A stretch of 62,196 bases of DNA, the filler included, from Vannella sp. (lineage: Eukaryota): the NCBI GenBank assembly GCA_023345925.1. It is 6 parts of 6 records of this genome, joined end to end, with 100 filler letters (N's around TTAATTAATTAA, not from the genome) between each part and the next. Parts side by side here need not be neighbours in the genome. Positions count along the whole stretch, not along the records: positions 20,687 to 30,158 come from JAJQQN010000293.1; positions 30,259 to 36,633 come from JAJQQN010000554.1; 4 more parts are not named here. One strand, 5' to 3'. The position numbers and the translations under genes were made by a program. Of the stretch, positions 23,230 to 32,563 are shown piece by piece; positions within the stretch are counted from its first letter, which is position 1; each line of letters begins with the position of its first letter. Under the pieces are notes generated by a model that saw only the letters and a list, made by a program, of their open reading frames with translations, did no database searches and was not told the DNA's origin.

Positions 23230-26200
23230 TTATTTGTTCTCACTTTCAGTCCTGTAGCTGTGAAGAGTAGCTCGAACAAGCGCCAGAGTTTGAAGAAGAA
23301 GGCGAGCCATTTTGCGCCCATTTTCCATCTCTTCCGGAGGTGGAGATGCGTTTTGCAGGAAAGCGGGGTCGCACTCAACCGTCAGTTCCAACCAATCCTC
23401 TGGAGCAGGTGACTTGAAAGAAGTGGCCTCTTTTTCTGCATAATTGATAGAGAACCCCCAAGACACCCGTACAAACACAGAGTCCTCTCCGGTGATAGAA
23501 GAGAACCACCTGCTCTCTTCAATAGATCTCAAATGTATCAAGTCAGACTTGAGGGAGTCATGACGCCTTTGGTCCTTGGGTTCGACTTCCATCCATTCTA
23601 CTCCATCCTGACCACAGTATCTCACATGCTGGAAAGCGTCACCTGGTTGGAGATCAGTGGAGAAATAGCGATGATAAACTACCAGTTCAGAAGAGAGCTC
23701 TGGATGCCTTTCAACAAGAGCGCGAGCGTCACAAGAATAATGCTGCTGATTGGGGAGAGACATTCCTCCCAAGAAAGAGACTTGGTAGAATTTGGGCTGC
23801 GATGTTGCTCTCATGAATTTCAGGTCTGTCGAAAGCCACAACTTTGTTTGGACACCTTTGGGGTTAACAAGAGCAAGTTGAATCTTCCTTTTCTCTTTCT
23901 CTGAGCTGAAGTCTGGGGCAAGAATGGCTTGGAATCCCGATGCTTCCAAGTGAGAACAAAGCTGGGCTGGGTTTCCAATGGATTCTGGTTCGCTTCTGCA
24001 AAGGGGAAGGCTGAAACAGCCAAAAGGTATTCCGGACTTGAACGCAATTCGCAGCAGTTCGGTTCGGACTTTCTTATTTGGCTTCGTTTTGCTGCTGAGT
24101 GACACCTGCTTTGAAGAGGGAGTTTTGCGAGTAGGCTGGCGGGGACCACGCAACATTCTCGGCTTATCCCATTTGATTCTGGTGAGTAAGGTGCCCAGCT
24201 TCGTTCGATTGATAATGCATTGGGTCTGGTCAGAAGGGTCTACTCCTCCTCCTACTTCGACGAACAAGGATCTCCCAAGGCGCAAACTGAACTCCAACTT
24301 TCCTCTGCCACTGTGATTGTCTCTGTTCATTGGAGCTTGTAGTAAGGCCTCCCTTAAGTTTTCAATCTCTTCCCATTCTGGAACAAACTGCCGGGCTTGT
24401 TCGACTGTTGGTACTTGGCCAAGCCCGGTGAAGCACGATACCAACCGCTTGTTTTCCTCGTTGGAGGAAAAGAGGATTGTCTCAATCTCACGCTCTTCAA
24501 ATACAGCTGTGCTCGGTAGGATGGATGGGAAAGGAAGAAATTTGCCTTTCTCAAGGAAGCTCGAACCTCGAGAGGCATGGTGCGTTGAGAATCTCCCAAT
24601 CGTGAACTTGCTTTCGTCATGGTGAAGGAGCGTTGCGTTTCGGAAGAGCCGGAGTTGGGTGAGTGCTTGAACGAACTTCACTTTGAGTTCATCTTTCTTA
24701 GACTCACTCCAACCAGAGAGAAGCTCTTCACAATCCTCCAGTCGTGATCCTCGGAGGAAAAACGCATCCAACATCTCTCCCACTTCATGGGAGGGTGGAT
24801 CCGGTGAATCTCTAAGGACTTCCAATAGCTCACTTAGGCCATACCTGCTATCCGGAAATTGAAAGCGCAAGAGTTGCTTGGCCATTTGCAAGAATCCAAG
24901 AGGACTGAGCGATTGGTGAGCAAGAACAGAAGGACTTTCACAGTCACTGGAAGTCTCGTGGTATGAAGTGCATAAGCCACGATTGAGAGCCCAAGTGAGA
25001 GTAAAACGCACAACATGATAGATTGAGGGGGACTCCACAAAAGCTGCAAGAAGGCCGGCTTCAAAGTCCCCAGATTGTGGCCGACGAGAGACATCAATTT
25101 GGAGAACCTGTCCTTCACTGTAAATGACTTCACCTGAGGGGTGTCTCTGATTCTCTAAACTAGTGGGATTGACTAAGTAACGCCACACAGGCAGACGATC
25201 GAATTCTCCGCGTTTGTAGTTTCCGCATTGCGCCAAAACAGGCAATGAGTCAGAGGCAAAGAAGCTGATTTGGTCGTCAGCTAAGGTGATGTCATCAAAG
25301 ACTAGCCTAAGATTGCGAACTGGATACTCAGGCGCCAGCCCCAATGCTGCTAGTCCACCTAAAGTGGGAGTGTTGGCTGAAAACAGCTCAATGATTCCGT
25401 CAGCAAGCTCCAATGTCCCTTGTAGTTGATTGTGCCATTCTGCCGAAAGCACTGAAACACCGAGCTTGTCAAAGTAGCCCGACGTTCCACCTTCTGGCCT
25501 TTGCGCAAGATGATCGCTGGAAGGACGCTTGATCCAAGGTATCCATCCAAACGCACTAGGTCCGTTTCGAGAGACAGAGCCTTGCCGTTTCCCGGAGCTC
25601 TTTATGTACGAAGCGACTTTCCAAGCTGCTGCACAAGCAGCCCTGGTTTCTGGTTCTGATTTTCCATCCCCGTTCGAAAGACTTTGAGTCCACTGCAACT
25701 TGAAGAGTTCGTTGTACCGCAGCAGCAACTCTTGACCTGCATTCAAGATCAGCTCAGTGGATACGGAAGGGATGACTGTCAGCGCGGCCTTTCTGCTGTG
25801 GATAGAAGGAATAGGATCATCTACTCTTGCCCAAACCTTTCCACTGCGGTTCGGAATTCTTTGAACGAAGAGTTCTACTTCACAAGAGAGCCCAAAACTA
25901 GCACAGAGCCACTGGACTTCTTGTAAAAATCTTCGAAAGTAGATCCTGGCAATCTTCAGGAAGGATTGCGCTTCAACTGAAAGGGAGGGAATGCTGTACG
26001 ATTGAGTTAGATTGATTTCACGGACAATTCTCCTTTCCAGCGCATGAGCCTTTCCATATCGATAAATTCTCCCCAAAAGAGAAGGTGATTCTCGCTCTCC
26101 TCCAAGGAAGTCAGGTTTGCCAAGTTCTTGCTTGATATCTAGAGCAGCGCTGGGAACTTTCGGAGAGACTCCAGTCTTTGGAAAGTCAACAGCGATGCTT

Positions 26201-29200
26201 TGGGATGCAGCCACTTGAATTGCCAGAGGATCCTGTGCGCCAGCAACAAGAGCATCAGCAACAGTGGTGTGCAAGTTAGAAATTCGCCCTATCAGCGAGT
26301 TAGACATTGCTTCAATGGTGAACTCGGCAAGCTTTGATTGCGCTGCGGCCTCCCCTCTCCCCGTTTTAGGGGCTGAAGGGGCTCCCGCATAATCATGTGG
26401 AGGATAGTTCTGGAAGGAAGTGACCAGTTCTGGCACGAAGATGAGACCAAATTCGTCTCCATCCAAGTCGCCACCCGATAGTTGCTCGGAAAGGGAGACC
26501 TGGCACTGTTGAGAGTTAGGGAAGATCAAAACGTTTTTGAATTCCAGAAAGATGTCGTCCACAACTCTTTGCACTCGCCGGATGTCCCCCGGATGCAAGC
26601 ATGGATTCCGGAAAATAAGAAGCTCTTCCACATGCGATGCTCCTTCAACATTAAATGCAACCTGCCCATCCTGGAGAACTCCAAATGGGTCGCAAACCCC
26701 CAAAAGTCGACATCCTTGTGCTTGAGAGAGCTTGGGACCGCGAAGAGCGGCTTTAACTGAGGCAATGTACGAAAATTGTGCCACAAAATGCCACCAGCGA
26801 TCGTCTGCAAAGGTTTGAGACCCGAAATCACGCAAGATTGACTTGCGACTCCAAAAGCTGCATTGCACAAGAAGCTCCGGAGAATCTCGAAGGCAATCGC
26901 TCAAGGATACCATCTCAGCTTCGTGCTGCCTTTGAATCCAAAGCTCCTTTGGGCCGAGAGTGTCTCCATCCTCTCGTAAGCAGTTCTTCCATTCACAAGT
27001 TTCTTCAAGAGAAGTTCTCTTTTGGTAGGATCCTTTGCTACGATCTTCGGTTGACAAGAGCATGATGACCTCACGATTCAAAGCAAGCTTAATACACTCG
27101 CTGGAACGCAACAGACAGAAATCGGTTTGAAGATCGGTCTGAAACTTGATTTGTGACGGACGAAGAAGAACACGAAGGTTACTGTCACCTTTCTGGGGCG
27201 AATTGACGAATTCCTGCACGAGAATACTGAAATGCGAATCAGAAACCAAAAGCAGTGTGCCCTTTGCTCCTCCCTGCCGAAACTGAATGCACGCAGTGTC
27301 TTTGTTCACTTCATGAGGAAACAGATTTTGAATCCATGAGCGTACCGCAAACCCGCATCCGTCCGTCATCAAGGATTTGTTCTGGGCATGTGCATCTGGA
27401 ATATGCCCAATGACGCTTCCTGGCTCCTCGAGCTCAACAAACGCTATTTCGTCGCTGAGGAAGAGGCTGAACCGGGAAAGGAACTTGGCCGTGGACTCGA
27501 ATGTCTCCCAATTGCAAATCAACTCCCTCCTGATCTTATCCACAAAGTCTCCAGGAGCCATTTGAAGCTCGGGCGGGGCACGGAGGAAGAAAAAGCCGTT
27601 GAAGCCTGATCTTAGCTGGCTCTGACTGGCGCCCAAATAGCAGAAGCTCTCTTTGCAAATGGCCATCGAGACTGACAACAGACGAATGGCCTCCTTCTCA
27701 TCCAGGGCAACTGTTGGATCCTCCATGCTGGGAAGGAGGACCAGAATCAAGTAGTCTGAGAGGTGTACATTGGCAAAGTAGTTACGCTTGAGATAGCGGA
27801 ACAATCGATTGTTTCCACGCGGGATGGACGGAAGAAAGACGTTTGGGAATCCACCTGAATGGTCCAAGATTGAAGATGGAGCTGAATAAATCCGCCGGAA
27901 AACGAGGGAATCCTGCTTCAATAGAGACTTGGATGACTTCTGCAAAGACTTCAAGAAATCATCAAAGAACTCTCCCGGCAAGCAGCATTTTGCAGCACTC
28001 TCCAACAACCGGTGATCTTCAAGAAGTCGTTGGTGTTGGTGCTCGACAGATCCACTCGAGAACAATTGGGTGACAAAGTTAATGAGCCGATGCATCGACA
28101 CCTTGGTCGAATCAGGACCTCTTTGGTCAATGAGCATATGGAGGTCAAAGACCACTCCAAAAGGAAGACGACAATCCAATGAGTCTACTTTCGCGTGCAA
28201 TTCCTTCAGTTCGGTTCTATCTGCCACTCCACCTTTTGGTGCCAAATCAGAGGTAGTTCCTATGTCTTGCAATGCACGAAGGGGTGCTGCTAACTTCTCC
28301 AATGCCTCGGCATGTCGCTCTAATTCTTCAGGAACTGCACGGACAGAGAACCTTTGGTTTCTCTGAATCAAACCTTTCAGGATTCGCTCGCCATCTCTGG
28401 CTCCCCAGATTTGAGAGCGCTCCTTCTCACACACAATAACCACGTATTGGCTCTCCTCTGCTCGGGCTCTCCCACGAGTTTGGATGAGTCGCCTGATTGA
28501 CGAAGTTGGGAACAATTGAATGACGATATTGCACGTTGGGACATCAAGACCTTCCTCTGCAACAGAGGTAGCGACGAGGATTCGGCAATTCCCGGAGTGG
28601 AACGCATCCAATCGAGCCTTGCAATCCTCTGCATTCATGCCACCCTGTCCTACAATGTAACCCGGGTGGCGATCTGGAAACCATTCCTCTACAATCTGAC
28701 AAAGGGCCAGAGCACTCTCTCGGGTTCGGGTAAACAACAGAATTCGATCGGTTGCAGCAGAGGCAGAGATCTGGCGGATAGCCTCTTGAACTTTCGGACT
28801 TAGGACCTGACTTCCCTGTTTCAGTGAAGCAGAGATCCATCCAGGGCGAGGATTCATCCACTTGGTTTCGTAAGGGTGGCGGTGGATATAGTTAGCAAGG
28901 GCAGAGATACCCAAAGAACTAATTGTATCCAAGAAACCGAGAACAGATCTGGCTACTTCTTCTTGATAGGAGCCGTGTGGTCCACCTCGAATCAAACGCA
29001 AAAGGGTCTGATGTGACTTATAAAACGCACCGGCAGACTCCATCATCCATCCAGGAACCTCCGTTAGACTACGACTGGCCAGACGCAGGAGATCATTCAC
29101 AATCGGATTGTTAAAGTTGTAGTCTTCCACTTCCGCAATGGTCGCTTCAACCCTGGCTCCTCCAGTGGGATTTTCATGAAAGGCCATGAATTTGGTATCC

Positions 29201-29979
29201 TTTGGGAACTGGTTAACAAAGGAATCAAGTCGTCTGCACAATTCACGCTCATCAACAGCTTTGGAAGCCATTAATTTGGCATCAGCCGGAGATGCGGTCA
29301 ATCCAAGAACTCTCGGGGAATCACGGACAGCACATAGAGACTGTAAGAGCTTAGCATAGTCCCCAGCCCCAGTCCCAGTCCCAGTCTTTGAGGCTAAATG
29401 GTGTGCTTCGTCCATAACCACGGTGTGGAACATGTCCCAAGACCATTTGCCATGATCTATTTGACTGACTAGGCAACCAGCAGTGATGGCAATGGCGTCG
29501 AAAGGACGCTCATGTTGGGAAGAGTCAGGTGCGAAACAGCTGGCAATCTTTCCTTGGTAATAAGAGTTGAGAGACTCCGCATAAAGAGCTTGAACGCGTA
29601 GGCCAGTGTGCATTCCTATCGAGAGGGCATGTTGTTGAGTTAACACTATCTTGGGGACTATGATAACGCCTAGTCGACCTGGGTTCAGTTCGTTCATATG
29701 AGAAAGGACCATCCCTGCAATCAGAGTCTTCCCAGATCCCGTGGGGATTACCACTACAGTGTGATTCATCATCGCTTGAACATACGCAGATGTTTGAAAG
29801 GCACGCGGAATGGGACTCAGAGTCAAATCCAGATAGTCCATCCAGTCAGCTTGAGCGAAATCTCTCTCTCTGAGAAAGCGCATTGGTGGTCCAGCCAGTC
29901 GATCATTGGGTGTCAAAGGGGGAGTTGCGATGGCACTACCAAAGAACTGGTCCACGGTTTGCTTCTGCAGATTAGCCAT
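23230..29979 (-). CDS. DExD/H helicase (Dicer/RIG-I-like) fused to eukaryotic RNA-dependent RNA polymerase, with long C-terminal extension
   Basis: Helicase PRAFQ, PTGSGKT (~29724-29748), DEAHH (~29400), GLTASP, ATSVAEEGLDVP, QTRGRAR. RdRP TDGCG, QFRQGGAKG, LRPSQIKF, RNPCLHPGD, GGDLDGDEF (DLDGD 26455-26469), AVDFPKTG. The frame stays open to 30099, so the true start may lie further 5'. Confidence 0.92.
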   Translation of the reverse strand: MANLQKQTVDQFFGSAIATPPLTPNDRLAGPPMRFLRERDFAQADWMDYLDLTLSPIPRAFQTSAYVQAMMNHTVVVIPTGSGKTLIAGMVLSHMNELNPGRLGVIIVPKIVLTQQHALSIGMHTGLRVQALYAESLNSYYQGKIASCFAPDSSQHERPFDAIAITAGCLVSQIDHGKWSWDMFHTVVMDEAHHLASKTGTGTGAGDYAKLLQSLCAVRDSPRVLGLTASPADAKLMASKAVDERELCRRLDSFVNQFPKDTKFMAFHENPTGGARVEATIAEVEDYNFNNPIVNDLLRLASRSLTEVPGWMMESAGAFYKSHQTLLRLIRGGPHGSYQEEVARSVLGFLDTISSLGISALANYIHRHPYETKWMNPRPGWISASLKQGSQVLSPKVQEAIRQISASAATDRILLFTRTRESALALCQIVEEWFPDRHPGYIVGQGGMNAEDCKARLDAFHSGNCRILVATSVAEEGLDVPTCNIVIQLFPTSSIRRLIQTRGRARAEESQYVVIVCEKERSQIWGARDGERILKGLIQRNQRFSVRAVPEELERHAEALEKLAAPLRALQDIGTTSDLAPKGGVADRTELKELHAKVDSLDCRLPFGVVFDLHMLIDQRGPDSTKVSMHRLINFVTQLFSSGSVEHQHQRLLEDHRLLESAAKCCLPGEFFDDFLKSLQKSSKSLLKQDSLVFRRIYSAPSSILDHSGGFPNVFLPSIPRGNNRLFRYLKRNYFANVHLSDYLILVLLPSMEDPTVALDEKEAIRLLSVSMAICKESFCYLGASQSQLRSGFNGFFFLRAPPELQMAPGDFVDKIRRELICNWETFESTAKFLSRFSLFLSDEIAFVELEEPGSVIGHIPDAHAQNKSLMTDGCGFAVRSWIQNLFPHEVNKDTACIQFRQGGAKGTLLLVSDSHFSILVQEFVNSPQKGDSNLRVLLRPSQIKFQTDLQTDFCLLRSSECIKLALNREVIMLLSTEDRSKGSYQKRTSLEETCEWKNCLREDGDTLGPKELWIQRQHEAEMVSLSDCLRDSPELLVQCSFWSRKSILRDFGSQTFADDRWWHFVAQFSYIASVKAALRGPKLSQAQGCRLLGVCDPFGVLQDGQVAFNVEGASHVEELLIFRNPCLHPGDIRRVQRVVDDIFLEFKNVLIFPNSQQCQVSLSEQLSGGDLDGDEFGLIFVPELVTSFQNYPPHDYAGAPSAPKTGRGEAAAQSKLAEFTIEAMSNSLIGRISNLHTTVADALVAGAQDPLAIQVAASQSIAVDFPKTGVSPKVPSAALDIKQELGKPDFLGGERESPSLLGRIYRYGKAHALERRIVREINLTQSYSIPSLSVEAQSFLKIARIYFRRFLQEVQWLCASFGLSCEVELFVQRIPNRSGKVWARVDDPIPSIHSRKAALTVIPSVSTELILNAGQELLLRYNELFKLQWTQSLSNGDGKSEPETRAACAAAWKVASYIKSSGKRQGSVSRNGPSAFGWIPWIKRPSSDHLAQRPEGGTSGYFDKLGVSVLSAEWHNQLQGTLELADGIIELFSANTPTLGGLAALGLAPEYPVRNLRLVFDDITLADDQISFFASDSLPVLAQCGNYKRGEFDRLPVWRYLVNPTSLENQRHPSGEVIYSEGQVLQIDVSRRPQSGDFEAGLLAAFVESPSIYHVVRFTLTWALNRGLCTSYHETSSDCESPSVLAHQSLSPLGFLQMAKQLLRFQFPDSRYGLSELLEVLRDSPDPPSHEVGEMLDAFFLRGSRLEDCEELLSGWSESKKDELKVKFVQALTQLRLFRNATLLHHDESKFTIGRFSTHHASRGSSFLEKGKFLPFPSILPSTAVFEEREIETILFSSNEENKRLVSCFTGLGQVPTVEQARQFVPEWEEIENLREALLQAPMNRDNHSGRGKLEFSLRLGRSLFVEVGGGVDPSDQTQCIINRTKLGTLLTRIKWDKPRMLRGPRQPTRKTPSSKQVSLSSKTKPNKKVRTELLRIAFKSGIPFGCFSLPLCRSEPESIGNPAQLCSHLEASGFQAILAPDFSSEKEKRKIQLALVNPKGVQTKLWLSTDLKFMRATSQPKFYQVSFLGGMSLPNQQHYSCDARALVERHPELSSELVVYHRYFSTDLQPGDAFQHVRYCGQDGVEWMEVEPKDQRRHDSLKSDLIHLRSIEESRWFSSITGEDSVFVRVSWGFSINYAEKEATSFKSPAPEDWLELTVECDPAFLQNASPPPEEMENGRKMARLLLQTLALVRATLHSYRTESENK

Positions 29980-30158
29980 GAGAAGGTGCAGTACTGGCTT
30001 CTGTTTCTGCTTGGGATTGTAACGGTAGAAGGGAAGCTGGATCTTGTCAACCCCGAAAGCAAAGAACAGGAATCGAGTCTTCTCCAATCGAAGACCCAAG
30101 TTAGCAGAACAGGAGCACCTCAGACGGTTCTTGTCAGGGCATTCGATCAGCTCTATCT

Positions 30159-30258
30159 NNNNNNNNNNNNNNNNNNNNNNNNNNNNNNNNNNNNNNNNNN
30201 NNTTAATTAATTAANNNNNNNNNNNNNNNNNNNNNNNNNNNNNNNNNNNNNNNNNNNN
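30159..30258. other. Artificial contig spacer
   Basis: Same linker. Confidence 0.98.
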
Positions 30259-31315
30259 CGCGCGCAGCTTCCACCTCTCCGTGGAGGGCGTTATCGGACA
30301 AGTTCAGCTGGCTTGGGGAGCCGGCTTGAGCATCAAGAGAGGAGCCAAGTGGGAGTAGAGCCCTGATGGAGCCTTCAGCAGAAGAACGATAAAGTTGTTG
30401 GAAGAAGCCTTCGTCTCGTTCGCTGCCCTCTTCTGGTACCTTCTGAAGGAGAGAGTGTTTCAGGTCTTGTAAGATCCTTGCAGCTTTAGACAAGGTCTCT
30501 TTCTGAGCTGTCGAGGAGAGAGCTGCCACCGCTGGAGAGCTTCGCAGGGAGAGGATCAACTTCCTCACCTCCTCTCGAAGAACCAGGTCGATGGTGTGCT
30601 TGGTGGTTTGATACGAGTCCCGTTTCTTCCATTGGAGAGCTCTTGCATCCTCATCCTGCCGTTCGTTGGTATCAGTGACTGCAGAGAAGAGGACATCCCA
30701 GAACCGAGTTGGAAGCTCCTCTCTCATGACCGAGAAGGAAGGGGGAAGGGTCAGTGAGTGCCTCTCCCAGAGCTTGGTCGCATCAGGTACTTCTATGCTC
30801 TCGCTCATCCTCCTAAGGGTCACTTCTCCCACGGAAGAGTCTCCGCGAAGGAGATCGCGTTGTATTAACTCTCCCAGGGATAGAGTAGGGCTACACACAT
30901 ATACTTGCATGTAAGCAAGTCCATGAGACCGTGCGAGGGAGTAGTACACTCGACGCATGGACTTAAGGAAGAAGTTGTCGTCCAAGAGGACGATGAGAAA
31001 CTCGTTCTCACGCGGGGAGCTCGTCAGATGATTGATATGTTGGTAGATACGCTCTCGCTTCTCCTTCCAGCTCACATGCACCGCTACTTCTGATGTATCT
31101 GGCGGAATAGAGGGAGTTGACGTTAAAAACAGGTCAAACTCGACGACTTCCACCCGCACTCGCTTGTGGGGCCATTCTGCTCTCCACCTCTGGGTAGTTC
31201 CATTCTCCTCTGCCTCCCTTGCCACTCGTAGAGCCCATGTGCTCTTGCCAACACACGGAAGTCCCATCAACACCACCACGATCCCCACACAGGATGACCC
31301 AGACACCTCAGACAT
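30259..31315 (-). CDS. PSTK: L-seryl-tRNA(Sec) kinase-like P-loop kinase, runs off the contig end
   Basis: VVLMGLPCVGKST, VEFD, WKEKR, LLDDNFFLKSMRR, RMSESIEVPD...WE, HTIDLVLR. The DDN...SMR motif is typical of PSTK; the related KTI12 family is not excluded. Confidence 0.75.
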
Positions 31316-31403
31316 GACCAAGAGACTGGCCAATCCTTCGCATGATGAGGGGATGTCCTAAGGGAAGGTCCAGAAGACAGTTTTTGTCCGTTCCGTGCGC
31401 TCG

Positions 31404-32516
31404 ATGGCCTCGCAGAAGAGTGTGACTTTAGGGTACTTCATGAGACCGAACAAAGTGAAGGCGTTTCAGTTCGATACGGGACTGATCCCCTTGGCGGAGT
31501 GAGTGCGAAGAGAGGTACGAGTGGACCCGTCTGACGGTTCTTCCTCTTTTGCAGACAGCGAGGTTATCGGGTTGTTCCTTTCGATGGCAAGGATCCTACC
31601 CAAGAGGTTGATTTGGTTCTGGCCAAGCTTACGGATGAGTTTGGCTCCTTTGAGGAGAACGAGGAGAGCCGCCAAGTCATCAAACGCTTCCAAGTAGGTA
31701 CTCTGAAGGTTGGGGAGGAGACTAACATGGTCAAAGGGAGTAGAATCCCGCAACATACCCCTCATAGACCCAGTAGAAGCTCAGAGAGTCGTGTCAGACC
31801 GACAACTCCTCAATCAAACTCTGGCATCGGTGGACTTTGATCCAGGTTGGTCCCAAAGAGCAGAAACATGCACTCAGAGGGTGACACTGTGATAGAACGT
31901 GTCTACACTCCCAAGTTCTTGGTCATAGATAGCGTAGAAGGGCTAGACGAGGCCCTTCAAGCGGAGGGCATCGAGTTCCCTGTCATGGTGAAGACTGTGG
32001 TGGCCAGCGGGTCCTTAGCAGCACACCAGATGGCAATCATCTTCACACTAGAGCAACTGAAAGGGTATGGACAGTTCCCTGCCTTCATTCAGGAGTACTT
32101 CAACCACAAAGGAACCATTCACAAGTGTTCGGTGATCGGCGCTTTCATTCATACGGACAAGCGGGCTTCTACCCGCGACTTTGATCTTCAAAAGAAGCCA
32201 GATCCGGTCATATTCAATAGCCAGGCTATGAAGGACATCACAGACTCCCTCTCGTATCAAGAACAAGCCAACCTTCCCGAAGATGACGCAATGCACATTG
32301 CCCTTCACCTCAGCCACTCCCTTGTACGCTCACAGGACACCTCCCATGTGTACTCATCTTCCACAGGGCTTACATTTGTATGGGTTCGACGTGATCCGGT
32401 GCACGAAGCGCAACAAACTCGTCGTCATCGATGTCAACTTCTTCCCCAGCTTCTCCTCCGTCCCTGATGTGTTTGAGAGGATGCTGGACCTCTTTGACAC
32501 AGTCTCTCGTAAGTAG
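31404..32516 (+). CDS. ITPK1: Inositol-tetrakisphosphate 1-kinase (ATP-grasp), multi-exon
   Basis: DLVLAKLTD, LIDP, FPVMVKTVVASGSLAAHQMAIIF, IQEYFNHKGTIHKCSVIG, GLHLYGFDVI...VIDVNFFPSF. Confidence 0.88.
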
Positions 32517-32563
32517 AGTTTCTCTTTGAACTCATAAACAGCGATGAAGAGAAGGACTCTCTT

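Noticed and set aside
29360..29386. CCCAGT hexamer repeat
   Set aside because: Short coding microsatellite giving a TGTGTGAG loop after the helicase DEAH motif; no independent element.
23230..30099. Endogenous RNA virus or polyprotein
   Set aside because: The polymerase has the cellular double-psi-barrel DxDGD signature rather than viral GDD palm motifs. No capsid, protease or integrase is seen.
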